Source: an uncultured Acidobacteriota bacterium (GTDB lineage Bacteria > Acidobacteriota > JAQAZP01). From it: a stretch of DNA of 64,000 nucleotides. Both the position numbers and the translations under genes were made by a program. Location: NCBI GenBank assembly GCA_963836075.1, contig CAWIIB010000001.1, positions 2,048,001 through 2,112,000 of the forward strand. Reading direction: 5' to 3'. Shown one piece after another: positions 60,920 to 64,000 of this stretch (the first letter of the stretch is position 1; each line of letters begins with the position of its first letter). The notes beneath the pieces were generated by a model. It did no database searches. It was not told the DNA's origin and worked only from the letters and a program-made list of their open reading frames with translations.

Positions 60920-61405
60920 ATGAGTATCCGGAAGAATGGAGCAGAAGCCGCCATCGACATCCACCAGCCGCAGCAAGAGATTCAGGACACCGGCCTGCCG
61001 GTGATCGTCCTGGTCACCAGCGCATTGGTTCCGGAAACCCTGGTGACAAACACGGACCTCGAGCACCTCTCCGGGCGGTTCGACCTCCGGCTGGCCTCAA
61101 CACCCACCCGGGCGTTGTGCCTGTCCCGCGAGCTGCAGTCGGCCGGCAACCGGGTGGTGCTGCTCCTTTCGGACATGCTGACCAGCGGAACCGAAGTCTT
61201 CCTCTTCATCTCGACATTCAGCCAGGACTGGCCCGATGCCGGGTTCCACCTCATCGACTCGGTGGAAGGCCGGGTGATCTTCAGCGAACCCAACGGCCCC
61301 GAATCGGACCGCTCTCCGTCGATACAGATCGAATCCAACGGCCGTGAACCGCTGGATTCCCGCCTGGTGTCGATGATGGTGGAGCGCTATTTCCCCAGCG
61401 CGTAG
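60920..61405 (+). CDS. Hypothetical protein, degenerate receiver-like domain
   Basis: GGGGGA RBS; 'LASTPTRAL' and 'VLLLSDML' resemble CheY-like elements (weak). Confidence 0.6.
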   Translation: MSIRKNGAEAAIDIHQPQQEIQDTGLPVIVLVTSALVPETLVTNTDLEHLSGRFDLRLASTPTRALCLSRELQSAGNRVVLLLSDMLTSGTEVFLFISTFSQDWPDAGFHLIDSVEGRVIFSEPNGPESDRSPSIQIESNGREPLDSRLVSMMVERYFPSA

Positions 61406-61427
61406 CAGTTCTCTCCGGCACCTTCGG

Positions 61428-63626
61428 CTAGTTACCGTCTGGTGGACGCTCGAGGATGCTCTTCGCCCGCTTGAACTTCAAGCCGAAAGGATAACGGCCA
61501 ACAGCATCACCGAGCGCCTCCCGGGCCAGGTCCGGACGACCGGCCTGGTCCGCGGCGAAACCGCACGTGTAGGCAAGATGGACAAGGGGAATGATGGCCT
61601 CACTGTCGCGGAGCGCGGCTGCTTTCAATGCTCGATACGAAGCCTCCAGACTGGGCAGCGCTGATTCCAGACCGTCTTCCACCAGGTGCCGCAACGCTTC
61701 GAGCGCCTCGATCTTCAAGGGAAACACGTCATCGTATTCCATCGGGCCAAGGATTTCGTCGAACCGGGAATGGGGCACAACGCCGGACTCCAATTCGACG
61801 ACCGCGTTCCAGAAGATCGATTCCTGGCGATAGCGAATGGTGTCTTCGGTAACATCCACCAACCCCGATTCCGGCGACGGACCATCATCTGCGGAGTTTG
61901 CCTCCCCCCCCTCGCCACGCAGCAGTGCGGGGATCTTCAGCCATGCGTCCGTTGTCTGTAAACCGGTATTGAGCGAGTAGTGTTCGACGATCTCCCGGCT
62001 CAGATCCTCACGGTTCAGCCCCTCAAGAATAGCGGCCTGAACAAACCCCTTGTAACTGTACCAGATATATTCCGCATCGAGATAAGCCTCTCCAGCGGCT
62101 TCGTATTCTCCCAGAATGGTCAGCAGCTCACCGCGAAGCAGCATCGGCCGGCGGGGATGGAACAGTTCAGCCGGGTTCTGCGGAAGCCAATCCAGGGCCT
62201 CTTCAGCCAGCCCGGCTTTTTTCAGCGACCGCGCGGCGTCCAGCAGGACATAGAGCCGCAGCGGTTCGTCGGGGGCCGTAAGAAAGGCAAGATCATAGGT
62301 TGACTGCCCCTCGTCGATCATCCCCGCCCCCACCTGCCGCCGGGCCTCGAGAACCTGCGGATAGAACTTCACAAACCGGTTCCTTGCCTGATCGGTTTCC
62401 CGTCCCTTCCTGAACCAGGGGTCGGTGCTCAAAGTGGTGTTCATCGAATCAAAGAGAACGGAACGATCCACACCGTTGATTTTCAAGAGATTCCCCGGCT
62501 CCATACTCCAGGGTTCCGCCGCCAGACGGATCAAGCCGGTGGGGCGATAGAGCTGATGTGTCAGGTATTGGTCCGATTTCTGGTCGGGGGAAACCCGGTG
62601 CTCCAGCAGGGGGACCCGGAAGGCGACGATCTGCTCCCCCATCATGTTGTTGATTGCCAGACCGATGACTCCGGGACTCGATTCACCCGAGACCGGCTCA
62701 ACGAGCACCAGATCCTTTATTTTCCCGGAGTTGGCAAAGGCCCCGGTGATATCGCTCTTCCCGCCGCAATAGCTGTAGATGATATTCGGGTAGTAGAGGT
62801 GCTTGCAGGTCACCAGCAGATCCTGGTGACCGTCCTTGTCGAAATCAATGGTCTCGGTGGGACCGAAGCGGAAGTAGCGTTCGTCATAGTCCTCACGAAA
62901 TGGGTTAAACTCCTTCAGCAGATCGCGGTTCTCAAGTATATCTCCCTTCGGTGAGAGAATGGCCAGGTGCGGTGTCACCTTGGCCGGCGGGCTCTCCGGA
63001 GATTCCAGGCCACCGTAAAGCACTGCAAATCGGTTGGTGGAATCGTCATCGAGATCGACAACTCGATACACGGGAGCAGGGAAGGTCTCTCGCCACAGTT
63101 CCCGGCCTTCCACCGACTGGCCGACAACGTCATTGCCGTCGATGCTCAGATCATGGACCACGGCTCCCCTGCTCTTCGAAAAGCCCTGCATGGTAAGGAT
63201 GACAATGATCAGGATCGACAGGGCCAGGATCGCGGCCACCATCCCCGGCGACGGAGACCAGGACCGTCCGGAAGTTTCCTCCCTGGCGCCTGCCGGCAAT
63301 CCCGCGGCCCGGTCATCGACATCCCCCTCGCGTGCGAGAAAGACGATGTTGTAGCCCCCCTTGGGGATCTGCAACACCAGAGCAGCGTCCCTTCCCTCCG
63401 TGGCATAGTGCAGTTCGAGCTTCTCTCTCAGGCTCTTCACCAGGTTCCGCGCGCCGACCTGGTTCTCCACGTTGCCGTACAGTTCCTGTGACAGGTCGTA
63501 CTGGGTTACCGCCTCGCCGTCCCAGTGCTTGCGGCAAAGAAACTGCAAGGCCTCCCTGGACCGCCGCCCCTTGAGGTGGCGGCTGGCCAGCAATCGTTCC
63601 AGCTCCTGTCGTTCAATCTCGGACAT
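61428..63626 (-). CDS. Membrane-spanning one-component regulator-like protein (cytoplasmic wHTH, TM, extracytoplasmic beta-repeat + TPR-like region)
   Basis: 'LQFLC...ELYG...LREKLELHYATEG...IPKGGY' N-domain, TM 'MVAAILALSILIIVIL', DFDKDG loop, helical C-terminus. Confidence 0.75.
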   Translation of the reverse strand: MSEIERQELERLLASRHLKGRRSREALQFLCRKHWDGEAVTQYDLSQELYGNVENQVGARNLVKSLREKLELHYATEGRDAALVLQIPKGGYNIVFLAREGDVDDRAAGLPAGAREETSGRSWSPSPGMVAAILALSILIIVILTMQGFSKSRGAVVHDLSIDGNDVVGQSVEGRELWRETFPAPVYRVVDLDDDSTNRFAVLYGGLESPESPPAKVTPHLAILSPKGDILENRDLLKEFNPFREDYDERYFRFGPTETIDFDKDGHQDLLVTCKHLYYPNIIYSYCGGKSDITGAFANSGKIKDLVLVEPVSGESSPGVIGLAINNMMGEQIVAFRVPLLEHRVSPDQKSDQYLTHQLYRPTGLIRLAAEPWSMEPGNLLKINGVDRSVLFDSMNTTLSTDPWFRKGRETDQARNRFVKFYPQVLEARRQVGAGMIDEGQSTYDLAFLTAPDEPLRLYVLLDAARSLKKAGLAEEALDWLPQNPAELFHPRRPMLLRGELLTILGEYEAAGEAYLDAEYIWYSYKGFVQAAILEGLNREDLSREIVEHYSLNTGLQTTDAWLKIPALLRGEGGEANSADDGPSPESGLVDVTEDTIRYRQESIFWNAVVELESGVVPHSRFDEILGPMEYDDVFPLKIEALEALRHLVEDGLESALPSLEASYRALKAAALRDSEAIIPLVHLAYTCGFAADQAGRPDLAREALGDAVGRYPFGLKFKRAKSILERPPDGN

Positions 63627-63897
63627 CGGCGACGCCCCCGGACTGCACGTTGCCTGCATGAAGGTTGTTCAGGGAATATCTGACACACCGATCGAGGCCA
63701 GTGAAAATAGTATACAAAAGACCGCGTGGATTGCACAAATAGACAACAGGAGCGAAGGCCGGTGGGTTGAAACCTGATCAGGTTGAGGACAACCGTCTCA
63801 GTCGCCGGAATCAAGGGGATTGATCCAGGTCAGGGAGTCGAAACGTCCAAAGTCACGGTCGGCCGATAGCTCTATTCCGGAAAATAGACGTAGGGAC

Positions 63898-64000
63898 CTA
63901 CCGCCGGCGGATGCGGTGCGCCTCCAGCTGGTGCCGGCGGTTGAACAGGCTGCGGCCGGCGAGAAGGGTGATCCCCATGCAGCCGAGGGAGGTGGCGCCG
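63898..64000 (-). CDS. 3' end of a membrane protein, possibly FetB/YbbM-type ABC permease (partial)
   Basis: Manual translation GATSLGCMGITLLAGRSLFNRRHQLEAHRIRRR*. Confidence 0.4.
   Translation of the reverse strand, partial: GATSLGCMGITLLAGRSLFNRRHQLEAHRIRRR

Overview
GC-rich bacterial chromosomal segment. Gene content (tandem DUF507 pair, TonB and ECF genes, sulfatase-like lipoproteins, wHTH-TM sensor) suggests a Gram-negative lineage such as Acidobacteriota or a deltaproteobacterium; this is inference. I found no rRNA, tRNA, CRISPR array, integrase or transposase. The dominant signal is a family of seven signal-peptide-bearing proteins: four KP-43-like S8 proteases, an M1 aminopeptidase, an M14 carboxypeptidase and a non-catalytic FG-GAP propeller. 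All seven end in the same ~330-aa module of five complete DxDxDG/'GAGPGAVFGPHVR' repeats plus one split repeat, predicted to form a closed 6-bladed Ca-binding beta-propeller. An eighth protein, paralogous to the non-catalytic one, carries a different C-terminal domain at the same junction. This looks like a swappable C-terminal docking, sorting or anchoring tag on a complete endo-, amino- and carboxypeptidase set. Five of six frameshifts fall at G(G/C)TAC, which suggests a GTAC-associated DNA modification causing long-read errors rather than pseudogenes. Other features: a mosaic tandem S8 duplication with conserved leader hairpins, a BlaI/M56 pair with TACAnnTGTA operators, an ECF/anti-sigma/TonB_C operon, a large hybrid histidine kinase, a GT4 plus Thr-type sulfatase-like cluster and two small inverted-repeat elements.
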